The position numbers were made by a program, and so were the translations under genes. A stretch of 59,279 bases of DNA, the filler included, from Basidiobolus meristosporus CBS 931.73 (Eukaryota > Fungi > Basidiobolomycota), in assembly GCA_002104905.1 (NCBI GenBank). It is 4 parts of 4 records of this genome, joined end to end, with 100 filler letters (N's around TTAATTAATTAA, not from the genome) between each part and the next. Parts side by side here need not be neighbours in the genome. Positions count along the whole stretch, not along the records: positions 44,348 to 59,279 come from MCFE01001163.1; 3 more parts are not named here. One strand, 5' to 3'. The notes under the pieces were generated by a model. It worked only from the letters and a program-made list of their open reading frames with translations, was not told the DNA's origin and did no database searches. This document shows positions 56,648 through 59,279 of the stretch, piece after piece (position 1 is the stretch's first letter; every line of letters begins with the position of its first letter).

Positions 56648-59169
56648 TTGACGTACCTTTTGAAAGTACGTCAACAACTGTATTTCGATTTTACACTGGA
56701 CTCGTGGCTTGAAGAGAGCAGCAGGAGGTCCCACGGCAGTAATACTCAAGGTAATCCGGATACTTCAGAACCAAACGAGGTTGCTTCCACACCTCCTGAG
56801 AATCCCAATCCTGTTGAAGAAACAACAACCAGTGTAGAGGCGAATACGACGAATCGGACCACAAATCTGCTTTCCATCCAACCGTTTACTGAGGAAAGCG
56901 TCAATATTTCGAGCCCCGAAAGCAATCCCCACTTTCACCATTGCCACCCCGCAAACGCATTAAATTACCAAACACCATTCTCAAAGACTCACAAACGGGG
57001 ATGAGAACCAAACAGACCGGTATGAATGGATTAAACGGACATTCCAATAATATTAGAAATCATGATAATAGTAATAATAGCGAGACTACAGAGGAGGTAA
57101 ATACAAAAGAGAGGAGATCGTGAGAATAGCTATCCAGGCACTTCAAGATTTAGGATACGGGTCAGTCTCCCTTCCGTTAATTGTACAATTCCCAACTGTG
57201 CACCTTGACTAAACATGCTTCTTCTTGACAGTCGAACTGCCCAGCTGCTAGAAGAGGAGTCAGGATTTAATCTAGAAAACCCTCAGTCACTCAGTTCCGT
57301 AAAGGTGTGCATGGATGGGGATTGGGCAATGGTGGAAAGTTGATACCGGTGCTGGAACTCGATCAGAAGAAGGACGTGCAGAAGGTCCAGTTTTTAGTAA
57401 AGCAACAGAAATTCCTGGAGTTGCTGGAAGCCAGAGATGTTGCGCAGGCTTTATCGGTTTTGAGGAACGAATTGCACCGTTAAGCTACGATACTGCGAGA
57501 CTGCACAAGCTATCAAGCTTCTTGATGTGCGCAGATGCAAACGATCTAAGAAAGCAATCCTTGTGTCTGGTGCTAATCGAGAGTCTAGAGAGCTGTTGCT
57601 CGTCCAATTACAAAGTTAGTGGGCTGTTTGTAGATTCAGATATCGATATGGGATCGGGATTTATTGAACTTTACTTTGCCTTTACCACAGACTATATCTC
57701 GTCGTCAGTGATGATCCCAAGCCATCGACTAAGGTCATTGTTTGATCAAGCAGTTGCTTACCAGCGCTCAAATTGTCTTTATCACGATTCTGCGGATACG
57801 TTCGTGACACTTTACGCGACCATCAATGTGACAGGTACTCCATCCTAGAAACGATTGCTTGGAATTGAGATGCTGACTTCCCTTGTTCAGAACCCAGTTC
57901 CTGGGTCACCAAGCATGTCTTCGAGGGGCATCTTGACGAAGTTTGGTAGTGACGTTTTCGCATGACGGGAAATACATCGCATCAGCATCCAAGGACAAAA
58001 CGACCATCATCTGGAGCGTTGAGGTTTAGGGTTTCTAGTTAATTAGCTGGTTTTGCTGTGCGTGTATTAATCGAAGCCATTATATAGCGAAAATGCGCAG
58101 TCCATGTCTTGGAAGGCCATGAAGAGCGGGTGTGCTATCTAGCTTGGTCACCTGATGATACCCATGCTGTTGTCGTGCTACAACGATGGCCAAGTAACTC
58201 TGTGGAATACTAAGGTAAGCCTGGTTTGCCGCCATCATTGGTCGCTTACTATGCCCTAACCAATGTCATATAGACGGGTAAATGCATACGCTCATTCGAG
58301 GGCCACACCGAAGTTGCCGCATGTGAATGGCTGCCAGGCAATGAACATTTCGTTACTGGCAGTTGCGATAAAAACATGTTTCTTTGGGTATGCTTGCACT
58401 CTCGCTATCTCTTCAACACCGGATATTCACGGGTTCTTCAATAGGATATCCACGGACACATATTGCATATTAATGGATTGGAGATCGAATCAACGGTTTA
58501 GCCATCAGCAATGATGGAACACGGATGGTAACCATCTGCCATGACAAAAAGATCCATATTTTATGACATGGAAACCAGATCAGAGATTGAGTAAGTATAG
58601 AGAACCTCACGCTTGCCTAGTAGACTGCTAATAGCACCTTAGTTTCATCACGGAAGACGGTGACATGACAACTGTGAGGCTTTCTGATGATGGAAGATAT
58701 GTGATAGTAAATCTGGGAACTATCCAGGAAATTCATCTCTGGGACATTGTGGAGAAGAAACTGGTCCGGCAGTTTGTTGGATTCAAGCAAGGTCGATTCA
58801 TCATTAGATCGTGTATGGGAGGCCATGGGCAGACATACATTGCGAGTGGAAGTGAAGGTTCGTTTGTGTCGATAATCAACTCGAATAATTGAACGATGGT
58901 AACCCCATTACCGTCAGATGGTAGTATTTATGTTTGGCACAGGGACCATGGCGCTCTCATTGAGACCCTAGTTGGACATTCAGCCACTGTTAACTGTGTG
59001 CACTGGAATCCTGCAAACCCGTACATGTTTGCCTCCGCTAGTGATGACCATACAATTAGATTGTAAGCAATGATCTCCTCTTGCTTCTTTGTTTTATTTA
59101 ACTAACGATCCATGCTGTAGATGGGGTACTAGTGATAAGAATGAAACCAAAGGGAAGTCTCGTTCATGA
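56648..59169 (+). CDS. WDR26: LisH-CTLH-WD40 protein of the WDR26/GID7 family; many 1-nt indels (probable consensus errors); start approximate
   Basis: [113 protein letters not shown]. Confidence 0.8.
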
Positions 59170-59279
59170 GTCAAAAGAATGAATTCGTCCCACACGACTC
59201 TCGTATTCACCTTTCTCAAACATTATCAGCAATGAATTCAGCCCCGTAATCCTCTTTTGTATAGTAAACTTTCGTCTTC

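Overview
Eukaryotic, almost certainly fungal, genomic scaffold. It has short GT-AG introns with CTAAC/CTGAC-type branch points, TTAGGG telomeric repeats and three 100-nt N gaps carrying an artificial TTAATTAATTAA linker. Gene content suggests an early-diverging fungus; this is an inference and the species cannot be fixed from sequence alone. Conserved or recognisable genes: full-size PDR/ABCG transporter, LysM protein, 7TM-RGS, NRAMP, UDP-glucose 4-epimerase, siroheme synthase (MET1/CysG-like), GET4, dolichol kinase SEC59, YPT1/Rab1 and a frameshift-riddled WDR26/GID7. These are interleaved with many 348-bp Ty1/copia LTRs, three nested copia elements and a chromodomain Ty3/gypsy element. Two unusual systems stand out. 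(1) At 44.3-51.7 kb is a tandem family of intronless secreted precursors: signal peptide, conserved pro-domain, acidic spacer, E-E-x-E-L-W-(G/R)-R-F junction and a C-terminal Arg/Trp/Gly or Arg/Phe/Gly repeat peptide. The Arg count of that peptide is closely matched by the Asp/Glu count of the spacer, which suggests an undescribed cationic-peptide (antimicrobial, toxin or adhesive) system. (2) At 13.4-16.8 kb is a head-to-tail array of a 5'-truncated LINE and a tRNA-headed SINE-like element. The two share a 3' AATAAA + stem-loop + CCCCCCTAACCC tail and are joined through TTAGGG repeats, i.e. a candidate telomere-repeat-targeting LINE/SINE pair at an apparently internal locus. Also notable are a bacterial-type DUF3472-like secreted protein and duplicated Gly-rich secreted proteins built from C-x18-C amphipathic modules. 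Single-base indels in conserved genes (GET4, WDR26) indicate consensus errors, so pseudogene calls are provisional. All domain calls are by visual motif recognition; no searches were run.
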